From Myxococcota bacterium (GTDB lineage: Bacteria; Myxococcota_A; Polyangia; Nannocystales; Nannocystaceae), in assembly GCA_039028615.1 (NCBI GenBank), contig JBCCHT010000013.1, positions 128,001 to 192,000 of the forward strand: a DNA stretch of 64,000 bases, read 5' to 3'. Position 1 is the stretch's first letter. Each line of letters starts with the position of its first letter. A model generated the notes under the pieces. It was not told the DNA's origin and ran no database searches. It saw only the letters and a program-made list of their open reading frames with translations. This document shows, piece after piece, positions 30,014 to 39,826 of this stretch. Made by a program: the position numbers and the translations under genes.

Positions 30014-31747
30014 ATGTCCCGTCGCCCCAAGGCCAACGCTGCTCCCCCGAGCGACCCCGATCCCGTGCTCGACGTCATGGTGCGCGAGCTGGCCCGATCG
30101 ATGGAGGGCTACGACGTGCCGGGAAACCCTCGGCCGTACTTCATGAGCTACTCGATGCGTCGGCTGCAGAAGCTGCGTCTGGGGGCGGCCTACGGCTCGC
30201 TCGTCCGCTCGCGGCAGGCCCAGCGCGCGCGCACCTATTGCGAGGTGCGGGTCGGTGACAAGCGCTTCGACAACGTGATGGACGCGGGGCTCGACGTCGA
30301 CGCCCACGACCGCGAGAGCGCCGACTGGGTCGCTGCCCCCGACGATCTCGATCCGGTCGCGCTGCAGGTGTCGCTGTGGAAGCTGGGCCAGGTCAAGTTC
30401 GACGAGGCGCTCGAGGACTACTACGACCACAAAAAGGCGATGGTCAGCGAGTACCTGCGCGACGAGGTCGAGGCGCTGACCCCCGAGCCCCCGCTCGAGC
30501 ACCGCGAGACGCTGCACGACGACCCGCTACCGCGCGAGGCGTGGGAGTCGATGCTCTGCGAGGCTTCGCGGGCCTTCTTGAAGCACCCCGAGTTCCATGA
30601 CCCCACCATCAGCCTCAGCGTCAACCGCGTGCAGCGGTGGATGGCCTCGACCGAGGGCACACGGGTCATCACCGAGAACTTCTACGCGCAGCTCGACGTG
30701 GGCGGCTGGATCCTCACCGACGATGGCGTCTATGTGGATGCCGCGCGCTCGGTCTACGCCCGGAGCGTGGAGGCGGTGCCCGATGCGGCGGGACTGACCG
30801 CGATGGTCGAGCAGGTGCTGGCCGACCTGGCCGCGCTGCGCAAGGCCGGTTCCCCCGGGGCGTTCATCGGTCCCGCACTGCTGGCGGGGCAGGCCGCGAG
30901 CACGCTCTTTCACGAGGCGCTGGGCCACCGACTCGAAGGCGATCGCCTGGTGGCCCGCGGCGAGACCCGAACCTTTGCTCACAAGCTGGGCGAGACCATC
31001 CTGCCCGCCGGGCTCGATGTGTACGACGACCCCACCGCGACGCTGGACGACGGGACTCCGGTGTGGGGGGGCTATCGCGTCGACGACGAGGGCGTTCCCG
31101 CCCAGCGGGCGCGGTTGGTCGCGGACGGCAAGCTGCGAGGGTTTTTGCACGGGCGCACGCCGACCCGGCACAGCGGTCGCTCCAACGGCCACGGGCGCCA
31201 CGAGGGGATCTCGGCCCCGATGTCGCGGATGGCTCACTTGGTGGTCGAAGGCCGGCCCGAGGAGTCCTTGACGTGGGAGGCACTGGAAGAGCGTTTGGTG
31301 GAGCTGGCCAAGGCGCAGGGGCGCACCGAGGCGATGATCATCAGCCGGATCCACGGCGGTGAGACCTCGACCGGCGCCTACGATTTCCAGGTCTTCAAGG
31401 GGGAGCCGGCCGAGGTCTTCATCCTCGACGTGGAGAGCCGGAAACGTCGCCGCGTTCGCGACGTAGAGCTCATTGGGACGCCGTTGGCCGCCCTGCAGCG
31501 GGTGGTGGCGTTCGGCGGGTCCACCGGTTCCGACCGCGGCCACTGCTACGCGGAGAGTGGCTCCATTCCGGTGAGCGGACGCTGTCCGGCGCTGTTGTTG
31601 TCGGAGATCGAGCTCCAGCAGCACAGCAGCAGCGGGTTCCACGAGCCGCTATTGCCGCCTCCGTTCGCGGACGACGGCAGTCGCGGGCGGACCACCGACG
31701 AGCACAAGCGGGGCCGTCGTCGGCGCCGCAAGAACAAAGGGGGATGA
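30014..31747 (+). CDS. tldD: TldD/PmbA family metalloprotease
   Basis: LFHEALGHRLEGD, DDPT, DDEGVPAQ, SNGHGR, C-terminal GHC..ESGSIPVSG. Confidence 0.85.
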   Translation: MSRRPKANAAPPSDPDPVLDVMVRELARSMEGYDVPGNPRPYFMSYSMRRLQKLRLGAAYGSLVRSRQAQRARTYCEVRVGDKRFDNVMDAGLDVDAHDRESADWVAAPDDLDPVALQVSLWKLGQVKFDEALEDYYDHKKAMVSEYLRDEVEALTPEPPLEHRETLHDDPLPREAWESMLCEASRAFLKHPEFHDPTISLSVNRVQRWMASTEGTRVITENFYAQLDVGGWILTDDGVYVDAARSVYARSVEAVPDAAGLTAMVEQVLADLAALRKAGSPGAFIGPALLAGQAASTLFHEALGHRLEGDRLVARGETRTFAHKLGETILPAGLDVYDDPTATLDDGTPVWGGYRVDDEGVPAQRARLVADGKLRGFLHGRTPTRHSGRSNGHGRHEGISAPMSRMAHLVVEGRPEESLTWEALEERLVELAKAQGRTEAMIISRIHGGETSTGAYDFQVFKGEPAEVFILDVESRKRRRVRDVELIGTPLAALQRVVAFGGSTGSDRGHCYAESGSIPVSGRCPALLLSEIELQQHSSSGFHEPLLPPPFADDGSRGRTTDEHKRGRRRRRKNKGG

Positions 31748-31781
31748 ACTCCCGCGGCCGCTGGCCGCTATACTCCGGCGC

Positions 31782-33623
31782 GTGACGACGGGGAACCGGC
31801 CCGGTCTCGAGAGCATCGCGCAAGTCCGCGAGTGGTTGCTCGGCAAGCGCACGGGTTCCACGTGGCGCATCCACGCCGCGACCGACGACTCGATCGAGGT
31901 CGCGCGGAGCCGAGCGTCGGTGACCATCGTCCCTCCGGGCCGGCCTCGACCCGAGCGCTTCGATCACCTGCTGGTCGTGGGCGAGCGCGGGCAGCTGGCG
32001 TCGGCCCTGCAAGAACTCGACGATCCGCGGGTGCGGCTTTTGGGGCTGCCCTGCGCCGAAGAGGTCTTGGTGCGGGTGCTCGAGTCGGCGCTGGAATCGG
32101 CCGAGACCTTTGCGCGCGCTCGGGTGACCGATCAGCTGCTCGACGTGGGCATGGCGCTCAACGCCGAGCGAGACCCGGCGCGAGTGCTCCAGCTCATCCT
32201 CCAGCACGCGCGCTCGATCACCGGGGCCGACGCAGGCTCGATCTACCTCGTCGACGACAAGGGCGAGCGCCTGAGCTTCGAGTTCGCGATCAACGACTCG
32301 GTCGAGGCCGACGTGTTCAGCTCGCGCACGATGCCCGTGGACGAGGGCTCGATCGTGGGTGCGTGCGTGCTGAGCCGTAAGGCCATCCGTAGCGCCGACC
32401 TCTACGAGGCCGAGAGCCAGCACGACCGCAGCTTCGACCAGCGCTTCGGCTACCAGACCCGCTCGATGATCACCGCGCCGATGATCAACCCCGGCGGACG
32501 GGTGCTCGCGGTCATCCAGCTCATCAACGCCAAGCTCGGCACGGCCCCGCTGCGCGACCCCAAGGACTTCGAGGAGCGCGTGCGTCCGTTCTCCGCCGAA
32601 GACGAGCGGCTGTGCGCATCGCTGGCCGCTCAGGCCGCGGTGGCGCTGGAAAACGCCCGCTTGCACGCCGAGATCCAGTCGCTGTTCGAGGGCTTCGTGC
32701 GGGCGAGCGTGCATGCCATCGAGCAGCGAGACCCGACCACGAGCGGTCATAGCCAGCGGGTCGCCGACCTCACGGTGGCGCTGGCCCGCACCGCGGACCG
32801 CACGGTGAACGGGCCCTACGCGGACATTCGTTTCTCCCCCGAGCAGCTGCGGGAGATCGAGTACGCGGGCCTGCTGCACGATTTCGGCAAGGTCGGCGTG
32901 CGCGAGGAGGTCTTGGTCAAGGCCAAGAAGCTCTATCCGGCCCAGCTCGAGCAAGTTCAGTCGCGCTTCGCCCACATGCGGACCGCGCTCGAGGTCCAGC
33001 GCTTGCGCGAGCTGTTGGCCTGCCATCGCGGGGGGCGACCCGAGGACCCGGCCATCGATCGCGAGCACGAAGCCCGCGTGCGCGAGCTGGCACGGATGAT
33101 GGACGTCATCACCGAGGCCAACGAGCCCACCGTGCTGCCCACCGACGTGTCGTCGCAGCTGGCCGTCATCGCGGGGCACGAGTTCTGCGACGCGGCGGGC
33201 CATCAGCACGCGCTGCTGCAAGGCGATGAACTCGACGCGCTGCTCATTCGCCGCGGCAGCCTCACCGATGCGGAGCGGATCGAGATCCAGCACCACGTCA
33301 CCCACACCTACGACTTCTTGGTGCGCATCCCGTGGACGGCGAGCCTGGCCAAGGTCCCCGAGATCGCGGCCAAGCACCACGAGTACCTCGACGGCAGCGG
33401 CTACCCGTCGCGCCTGCCCGAGCCCGACATCCCCTTGCAGGCCCGCATGATGACGGTGGCCGACATCTTCGATGCGCTCACCGCTGCCGATCGCCCGTAC
33501 AAGAAGGCGGTCCCCGTGCCGCTGGCGCTCGACATCCTGAGCGCCGAGCAGAAGGCGGGCAAGATCGACCCGCAAGTCCTGGCCTTGTTCATCGAGGCCA
33601 AGCTCTACGAAAGCAAGCCCTGA
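31782..33623 (+). CDS. GAF + HD-GYP cyclic dinucleotide phosphodiesterase
   Basis: GAF (ADAGSIYL, YQTRSMITAPM, VIQLINA); TSGHSQRV, LLHDFGKVG, HHEYLDGSGYP, ADIFDALT..RPYKK. Confidence 0.93.
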   Translation: MTTGNRPGLESIAQVREWLLGKRTGSTWRIHAATDDSIEVARSRASVTIVPPGRPRPERFDHLLVVGERGQLASALQELDDPRVRLLGLPCAEEVLVRVLESALESAETFARARVTDQLLDVGMALNAERDPARVLQLILQHARSITGADAGSIYLVDDKGERLSFEFAINDSVEADVFSSRTMPVDEGSIVGACVLSRKAIRSADLYEAESQHDRSFDQRFGYQTRSMITAPMINPGGRVLAVIQLINAKLGTAPLRDPKDFEERVRPFSAEDERLCASLAAQAAVALENARLHAEIQSLFEGFVRASVHAIEQRDPTTSGHSQRVADLTVALARTADRTVNGPYADIRFSPEQLREIEYAGLLHDFGKVGVREEVLVKAKKLYPAQLEQVQSRFAHMRTALEVQRLRELLACHRGGRPEDPAIDREHEARVRELARMMDVITEANEPTVLPTDVSSQLAVIAGHEFCDAAGHQHALLQGDELDALLIRRGSLTDAERIEIQHHVTHTYDFLVRIPWTASLAKVPEIAAKHHEYLDGSGYPSRLPEPDIPLQARMMTVADIFDALTAADRPYKKAVPVPLALDILSAEQKAGKIDPQVLALFIEAKLYESKP

Positions 33624-34105
33624 TGAACCCCAGAATCGACGTGTCGCCCGACAAGGATCGATGGCCCGACCGCGCGGTGGTGCGGCAGCTGGCCCGGCGC
33701 CTGCGCAAGGCGGCCCGGGCGATGGGATGTGACAACGAGGAGCTCGAGGGGCTGACCCTGCGCATCGTGGGCGACGGAGAGATGACCGCGCTCAAAGAGA
33801 CGCACTTCGGGGTCGCCGAGGCCACCGACATCCTCTCGTTTCCCGCGGGCGAGGCCATTCCGGGCGAGGACGAGTTCGCCCCGGGCTTGGGAGAGTTGGT
33901 GCTCAACCGCGAGGCGGTGACCCGGCAGGCGACCCGTCCCGGAACGCAGGGCTGGCTCGACGAGGCGACCTCGCTGAGCATCCACGGGGTGGCACATCTT
34001 CTGGGGCACGACCACGGGGAGCGTCGCGAGGCTCGGCGCATGAAGGCCACCGAGCGACGCGGTCATCGGGCGGTGGGGCTGCCCTGCGTCCGTCCCTACG
34101 GCTGA
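33623..34105 (+). CDS. ybeY: rRNA maturation endoribonuclease YbeY
   Basis: ATDILSFP, LGELVL, IHGVAHLLGHDH; TGATG overlap with the upstream gene. Confidence 0.92.
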   Translation: MNPRIDVSPDKDRWPDRAVVRQLARRLRKAARAMGCDNEELEGLTLRIVGDGEMTALKETHFGVAEATDILSFPAGEAIPGEDEFAPGLGELVLNREAVTRQATRPGTQGWLDEATSLSIHGVAHLLGHDHGERREARRMKATERRGHRAVGLPCVRPYG

Positions 34106-34117
34106 ACGGAGGCGCCG

Positions 34118-35062
34118 ATGTCCAGCGACAAGGTCGTTCCCACCATCGTCGTGCACGGCGGGGCCGGGCTCGTGGCCGACGAGTTTCACGAGGCCGTGGT
34201 CGCGGGCGTGCAGGCGGCCGCCGAAGCAGGGCGCGAGCAGCTGCAGGCCGGTCGAGGCTGCGAAGCGGCGGTCGTAGCCGCGGTGCGCGTGCTCGAAGAC
34301 GTCGAGGTCACCAACGCGGGGCGTGGCGCCTGCATGAACGCGCGCGGTCAGTTCGAGGTCGACGCCAGCCTCATGCGCTCGCGCGACGGGGCCATGGGGG
34401 CCATCGCCGCGGTACCCGACCTGGCGGATGCGATCGTGGTGGCCCAGGCGGTGATGGAGCACTGCCCGCATCACTTGCTCGCCGGTCCGGGCGCGGTCGA
34501 TTTTGCCCGGCAGCACGGCGTGGGCACCTTCTCTCGTGACGCGATGTGGACCGCCAAGGCCCAAGCCCGCTTCGAGGCCGCGCGCGACGGGGTGGGGCAG
34601 AGCGTCGGTCAAGCCGACACCGTGGGCGCGGTGGCCATCGACGCGCAGGGGCACCTGTGTGTCGGCTGCTCCACGGGCGGCGTATTGCTCAAGACCCCGG
34701 GCCGCGTCGGCGACAGCCCCCTGGTGGGCCCCGGCTTCTTCGCCTCGAAGACGCTGGGCGCCGCCTGTGCCACCGGGGTGGGGGAGGCCATCATGAGTCA
34801 CGTCGCCTCGTTTGCCGTCCTGCAACGGAGCGCCCAGGGCATGGACCCTCGCGAGGCGGCGGCGCAGGTGTGTGCCGAAGTCGCCGCAGAGCCGATGGGC
34901 GACGCGACCGCCACCTGTGGGATCATCCTGCTGACCCCAACTGGGCAGCTCGGACTGGCCCACGCCAGTCCACATATGAGCTGGGCGATGGCCCGGGGCA
35001 CGGATCCGGTCGAGGCGGGCCTGCAGCAGCCCCTTGCCCCGCCCACGCGCGGCCGCCTATAA
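34118..35062 (+). CDS. Isoaspartyl peptidase / L-asparaginase (Ntn hydrolase)
   Basis: VVHGGAG, LED...NAGRGA, DTVGAVA, STGG..KTPGRVGDSP, ATGVGE. Confidence 0.92.
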   Translation: MSSDKVVPTIVVHGGAGLVADEFHEAVVAGVQAAAEAGREQLQAGRGCEAAVVAAVRVLEDVEVTNAGRGACMNARGQFEVDASLMRSRDGAMGAIAAVPDLADAIVVAQAVMEHCPHHLLAGPGAVDFARQHGVGTFSRDAMWTAKAQARFEAARDGVGQSVGQADTVGAVAIDAQGHLCVGCSTGGVLLKTPGRVGDSPLVGPGFFASKTLGAACATGVGEAIMSHVASFAVLQRSAQGMDPREAAAQVCAEVAAEPMGDATATCGIILLTPTGQLGLAHASPHMSWAMARGTDPVEAGLQQPLAPPTRGRL

Positions 35063-35069
35063 GCCAAGG

Positions 35070-36347
35070 GTGACCCTGCACTGGGCCATTGCGGGCATCT
35101 TGGCCCAACCGGCGGTCTCCACTGCCGTGGCGCACTACGACGCGGCCCCCAGCCAGGGGACGCAGACCGGCCGCCTGGTGTTTCCGCCCGACCATCGGGG
35201 CACGGTCACCGTGCGCGACGCCTCGGGCAACGCGGTGGCCCAGGTCTCCCTCGGACGGCGCGTGATGGTGGAGCTCCCCGCGGGCAGCTACGCGCTGCAC
35301 GACGCCGACGATCGCAAGGTCGGTGAGCTCGAGGTCGAGGCGGGGCAGGTCCAGGGCGTCGAGCTTCCCGAAGCGTGGGCCGTGCCCGAGGCCGAACACG
35401 CCGCGCCGACGCCGGTCGAGACGCCGAAGAATCAACCCGCGGTGACCACCGGGCGGCTCGGCCCCGTCACGCCCGAGGCCGAGCGCGAGGTCGAGCTCGT
35501 TCGCCGCCGTCGCTGGAAACGCTGGGCCTCGCCGCTGCTGTCGGCGGTCGCCCCGGGCGGCGGTCAGGCGCTCAACGGGCAGCCGGGACGTGGATTGGCC
35601 GTGTTCACGGGCACGCTGGGCATGGTGCTGGGCACGGTGGCGCTGTGGGCCGCCCGCGACCCCGCCGAAGGGGCGACCCCCGGGGACCCGGGACGCGGCG
35701 CCCCCGAAGAAGTGACGCGCCTGGCCGGCTTCACCGGTCTCGTCTCCGCCGCGGGCTTGCTGTACATCGGCCAGATCCTCGACGCCCACGCGCAGGCGGT
35801 CGATCGCCGCGGTCCCAAGCCCTGGCGGCGCCACCAGATGGCCTTCGAGGTCTCGCGCTTCACCACCGTGGCCTTCGCCCCCGGGCAGCCCGCCTACGAC
35901 CTGTACTCCGACTGGTCGCTGGCGCTGATGGGGCAGCTCGTGCCGCGGGTGACCTTTGGGCTGTCGGACGCGAGCATCAAGTACTCGCGTAATCGGCAGT
36001 CGCTCACCGTGCAGGCGGGGGTGCGGACCGCCTATCGCTTCTTCGATCGCCGCCGGGTGTGGCTGGCGGTGGGCGGCGGCGCCTTGTTCCAGGGCACCCG
36101 CGCCGACGACCTGCCCGTGCCGCTGGCCGAGGGCCCCGACTCCTTCGCCACCGAGAGCGAGCGGGCCTACACCATCGTGCCCTACGTGCACTTCGACGCC
36201 CGCTTGTTCCTGCTCGACCGCTGGTCGCTCGGGCTCATGCCGCGGGTGAGCCTGCCGCTGCTGCCGCGCCGCTTCGCCCGGGGCCGCGTGCTGCCCCGCT
36301 ACGCGGCGACCTTCGAACTCGGGGCCAACGTGGGGGTGTATTTCTGA
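35070..36347 (+). CDS. Putative outer-membrane protein (DUF5683-like segment + C-terminal beta strands)
   Basis: LLSAVAPGGGQALNGQPGRG motif; amphipathic strands ending FELGANVGVYF (terminal Phe). Confidence 0.6.
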   Translation: MTLHWAIAGILAQPAVSTAVAHYDAAPSQGTQTGRLVFPPDHRGTVTVRDASGNAVAQVSLGRRVMVELPAGSYALHDADDRKVGELEVEAGQVQGVELPEAWAVPEAEHAAPTPVETPKNQPAVTTGRLGPVTPEAEREVELVRRRRWKRWASPLLSAVAPGGGQALNGQPGRGLAVFTGTLGMVLGTVALWAARDPAEGATPGDPGRGAPEEVTRLAGFTGLVSAAGLLYIGQILDAHAQAVDRRGPKPWRRHQMAFEVSRFTTVAFAPGQPAYDLYSDWSLALMGQLVPRVTFGLSDASIKYSRNRQSLTVQAGVRTAYRFFDRRRVWLAVGGGALFQGTRADDLPVPLAEGPDSFATESERAYTIVPYVHFDARLFLLDRWSLGLMPRVSLPLLPRRFARGRVLPRYAATFELGANVGVYF

Positions 36348-37174
36348 TGCGCCGCTGCGGGAAACTCCACGCGTTCGCGCTTTTGGTGGCCACCGTGGGC
36401 TGTGCCCTGGGCTTCCGCGGCGAGGCACCGTTCACGGGCGAGCATGCGCTCGACACCACCGACGAGCTTCGAATCGAGCTGCCCGACACGCCGCTGACCG
36501 TGCTGGCGTGTGCCGCCGACGATGTGGAGGCGTGTCCGCCCGTGCTTTCGTACGACGGCTCGTGGCTGTCGGTGGCGGGCACTCGCGCCGACGCCCGGGA
36601 CCAGGCCGCCACGCCCGTGCTGCGCTTCGAACGCGCCGATGGCTACGCGCTGTTGCGGGCCGACGTGCCGCTTTCGGTGGTGGGCATCGTCGATCTCGAG
36701 ATGGGCGAGCTGCGCCTGCCCGACGATCGCCATCTCGATCTGCGCACGGGGGTCGGCGACGTCTCCGTCCGCGGCACCGAGGCCACCGTGATCGTGGACG
36801 CCGAGATCGGAGACGTGGAGATCCGAGGGGCCGACGAAGGCCTGGCCGTGCGCACGGGGCAGGGCAACCTGGACGTTCAGACGCCAGGGCACGCCGATCT
36901 CGGCACGGGCTCGGGGCACGTGGAGGTCACCCAGACCGGTGCGCCCCGCGACCTGTTGGTGTCCACCGGGCAGGGGGACATCACCGTCACCCTGGCCAGC
37001 GATGCCGACATCGATCTCGAGATCCGAACCAACGGGCGCATTTCCGTGCGGACGCCGAGCATTACGACGGTGACCTCGGGCCAGTTCGCTCGCCGCAACG
37101 GCAATGGCTCCATCCGGATCGAGCTGAGCAGCCCGCGCGGCGACGTCGAGGTCCGCGGCGTTGATCCCGGCTGA
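36347..37174 (+). CDS. DUF4097-family beta-strand-repeat lipoprotein
   Basis: Lipobox TVGC; repeated TGVGDVSV / TGQGNLDV / TGSGHVEV / TGQGDITV / SPRGDVEV. Confidence 0.8.
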   Translation: MRRCGKLHAFALLVATVGCALGFRGEAPFTGEHALDTTDELRIELPDTPLTVLACAADDVEACPPVLSYDGSWLSVAGTRADARDQAATPVLRFERADGYALLRADVPLSVVGIVDLEMGELRLPDDRHLDLRTGVGDVSVRGTEATVIVDAEIGDVEIRGADEGLAVRTGQGNLDVQTPGHADLGTGSGHVEVTQTGAPRDLLVSTGQGDITVTLASDADIDLEIRTNGRISVRTPSITTVTSGQFARRNGNGSIRIELSSPRGDVEVRGVDPG

Positions 37175-37200
37175 GGCTCGTGCTAATGCCCTCCTCCCAC

Positions 37201-37284
37201 GCCAGAGTGGCGAAATTGGTAGACGCAGCGGACTCAAAATCCGCCGGGGGTGACTCCATGCCGGTTCGAGTCCGGCCTCTGGTA
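37201..37284 (+). tRNA. tRNA-Leu (CAA); CCA not encoded
   Basis: Acceptor stem GCCAGAG/CTCTGGT-A; D-arm GTGGCGAAATTGGTAGACGC; anticodon arm GCGGA-CTCAAAA-TCCGC; long variable arm; T-arm GCCGG-TTCGAGT-CCGGC. Confidence 0.97.
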
Positions 37285-37287
37285 CTG

Positions 37288-37336
37288 CCCGCTTCGGGAG
37301 CCCGAGCAGGGCGCCCGAAGCGGGGGTTCTTCTCTC
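37288..37336 (+). terminator. Probable intrinsic terminator after tRNA-Leu
   Basis: 11-bp stem CCCGCTTCGGG (37288-37298) / CCCGAAGCGGG (37314-37324) followed by pyrimidine tract TTCTTCTCT. Confidence 0.6.
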
Positions 37337-37430
37337 CTCCGCGCGCCGCGCTACCGTGCATGACGGGTCGGTCGACCTCATACTGTGTAGCGATGCCGCC
37401 GCGTCCCAACGGAGCTTCAGCGTGATCACC

Positions 37431-38039
37431 ATGGACAGCTCGCAGCTGGGCGGTCACCTGCTCGTCGCGGTGCCGCAGCTGCTCGATCCCAACTTCCGTC
37501 GCTCGGTGGTGTTGTTGCTGGAGCACAACGAGGACGGCGCGCTGGGCCTGGTGCTCAACAACCCGCTGCCCAACACCGTGGCTGATGTCGCGCGGGGGCT
37601 CGACCTCCAGTGGGAGGGCGACGAGGAGGCCACGGTACGCCTGGGTGGGCCCGTGGAGCCCATGCGGGGCTGGATCCTCCACGACCAAGCCCAGTGGGAC
37701 TCCACCGCCGACGAGGTGCTGCCCGGCGTCTGGCTCACCACCTCGCTGGAGCCGGTGACCCGAGCCGGCAACCACGTCGTGGGGGCCGAGGGCAGCGAGG
37801 TGCTGTTCCTGCTCGGCTATGCCGGGTGGGCCACCTCCCAGCTCGAGGGCGAGATTGCAGCGGGCAGCTGGATGCCCGTGCCCATCAATACGGCGGGCGA
37901 CCCCACCGGGTACGGCGTTCATCCGCGTTGGGTGTTCGAAGCCGAGCCCGAGGACATGTGGGCCGAAGCGCTGCGGTCCCTCGGCGTCGATCCTGGGCGC
38001 CTCGCCCGCGGCTCCGTCGGCGCGTCGTCGTTCCAGTAG
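37431..38039 (+). CDS. YqgE/AlgH family protein
   Basis: LLVAVPQLLDPNFRRSVVLL.EH..DGALGLVLN, GGPV, LGYAGW...QLEGEI..GSW. Confidence 0.93.
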   Translation: MDSSQLGGHLLVAVPQLLDPNFRRSVVLLLEHNEDGALGLVLNNPLPNTVADVARGLDLQWEGDEEATVRLGGPVEPMRGWILHDQAQWDSTADEVLPGVWLTTSLEPVTRAGNHVVGAEGSEVLFLLGYAGWATSQLEGEIAAGSWMPVPINTAGDPTGYGVHPRWVFEAEPEDMWAEALRSLGVDPGRLARGSVGASSFQ

Positions 38040-38212
38040 GTTCGTCGGGGTCGTGCTCTAGGGCGCTCGGCGGAATCGTCGAATCGAGCTTCGATCCCGC
38101 GAGCACGGTCACGCCGGCGAGGGCGCGAGAGTCGAAACATAAGGAATTGCCGACTAGACGCGCTTGGTAGGTATCTGTACGCTCGAACGGGTTCTCTGCC
38201 CGGGGTCGTACC

Positions 38213-39751
38213 GTGATGCGCCATACAGCTCTGTCCACTTCAGTAGTTTCTCTCCTCGCGTTAGCGAGCGGCACGGCCGTTGCCGCCGAGGTCCCGACGC
38301 ACCCGATCAACCCGGACGCTCCCTGGGCGCTCGAGCTCGAGGACGAGCTGAGCAAGCCGCTGGTCGAGCAGTGGTACGGCAAGCAGGTTCGCCAGGAGTG
38401 GGAAAAGATCGAGCCGCACTGGCAGGGCAACCAGCTGCTGACCCGCGACAGCTTCGACGAGGACATGCTCGAGGGGCTCGACGTCCCGCCCGTGCCGGCC
38501 ATGAACTACGAGGCCGCGCCCGGCGTGGTGTACGTGGCGATGGACGGGGTCACCCTGCGTCCGAACTGCGGCAACGGGGACTCGGCCCACTCGGCGCTCA
38601 ACTGCTCCCCGCTGGTCGACGCCGAGGTCACCTTCGCGCCCTTCGGGGCCCAGGCCGCGGCCGAGTTCCAGCAGCTGCGCAGCTACTACGAGCCCTTCGA
38701 CCTGGTCATGACCAGCTCGCGCCCCCCCGACTGGATTCCGTACACGATGACGGTCATCGGTGGCTCGGCCAACCAGGTGGGCCTGCAGGGCGCCTGCGGT
38801 GTGGCCAACGTGGCTTGTGACGGCCTCAAGCGGAACCACGTGTCGCTCAACTTCCCGCAGTCGTGCAACGGCATGGCCGAGACGGCGGGCCAGGAGACGG
38901 CGCACAACTGGGGCCTCGAGCACACCGACAACCCCAACGACATCCTCTACCCGTTCAACAACGGCGGGAACAAGAGCTTCGTCGACAACTGCATGGACAT
39001 CAGCCACGCCACGGGCGACGGCAACACGGCCTGCGGCTACATCCACGAGCTGTACTGCCCCGCGGGCGCGGGTGAGCAGCAGAACTCCTTCGCCGAGATG
39101 CTCGGCGTGTTCGGTCCGGTCGCGGTGGACGACAGCCCGCCCGAGATCATCTCGGTCTTCCCCGGCGACGGGGCGGTCATCGGCACCGAGGAGGAGTTCA
39201 CCATCACCGCCTCCATCGACGAAAACTCGAACATGGTCGCGGTGAAGTGGACGTGGCTCGAGGGGCTTCCCGAGGGCACCGACGAGTACACCCGCTGCAC
39301 CAACGGCGTGTGCACGACCGACTTCAACCCGGGCGTCAGCTTCACCGCCAGCGAGATCAACTGGGACTTCCTCACCCTGTCCCAGGCCCCGATCGGCACC
39401 TACTCGTTCCAGATCGAGGCGCTCGACGCCTACGGTGGCTACGACAGCCGCACCATCACCATCGAGGTGGTCGAGGGCAGCGGCAGCGTCGGCGGCAACC
39501 AAGAGGGCGGTGGCCTCGACGAGAGCGGGGAAGAAGGCGGAGCGACCGACGGTGACAACCCGGGCGGGACCGCGGCCGAGGATGGCGACGACGGAGCCAC
39601 GGGCCCGACCGTCGGCCTCGACGGCGGCGACGGAGGCGGTGGCGGAAGCACGGGTGGCTGTCGCATCGACGAGCCCGAGCCGACCCGCTGGTCCTGGGCC
39701 GGCCTGCTCGGCCTGGGCGTGCTGCTGATGGGTCGTCGCCGACGCGCCTGA
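38213..39751 (+). CDS. Secreted matrixin/metzincin-like protein with Ig-like domain and MYXO-CTERM anchor
   Basis: Signal peptide; QETAHNWGLEH; Ig-like PPEIISVFPGDG..; Gly/acidic linker; GGC..WAGLLGLGVLLMGRRRRA. Confidence 0.8.
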   Translation: MMRHTALSTSVVSLLALASGTAVAAEVPTHPINPDAPWALELEDELSKPLVEQWYGKQVRQEWEKIEPHWQGNQLLTRDSFDEDMLEGLDVPPVPAMNYEAAPGVVYVAMDGVTLRPNCGNGDSAHSALNCSPLVDAEVTFAPFGAQAAAEFQQLRSYYEPFDLVMTSSRPPDWIPYTMTVIGGSANQVGLQGACGVANVACDGLKRNHVSLNFPQSCNGMAETAGQETAHNWGLEHTDNPNDILYPFNNGGNKSFVDNCMDISHATGDGNTACGYIHELYCPAGAGEQQNSFAEMLGVFGPVAVDDSPPEIISVFPGDGAVIGTEEEFTITASIDENSNMVAVKWTWLEGLPEGTDEYTRCTNGVCTTDFNPGVSFTASEINWDFLTLSQAPIGTYSFQIEALDAYGGYDSRTITIEVVEGSGSVGGNQEGGGLDESGEEGGATDGDNPGGTAAEDGDDGATGPTVGLDGGDGGGGGSTGGCRIDEPEPTRWSWAGLLGLGVLLMGRRRRA

Positions 39752-39826
39752 GCGCGACCGGTCGCACCGAGGGCGGCGTGCAGCGTGGCTGCATGGCCGC
39801 CCTCTTCAATTCCCGAGCCCGAGCCG

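Noticed and set aside
37201..37284. tRNA-Leu as a prophage or island integration site
   Set aside because: No integrase nearby and no duplicated tRNA 3' end noticed in the window; a conserved yqgE/algH gene follows directly
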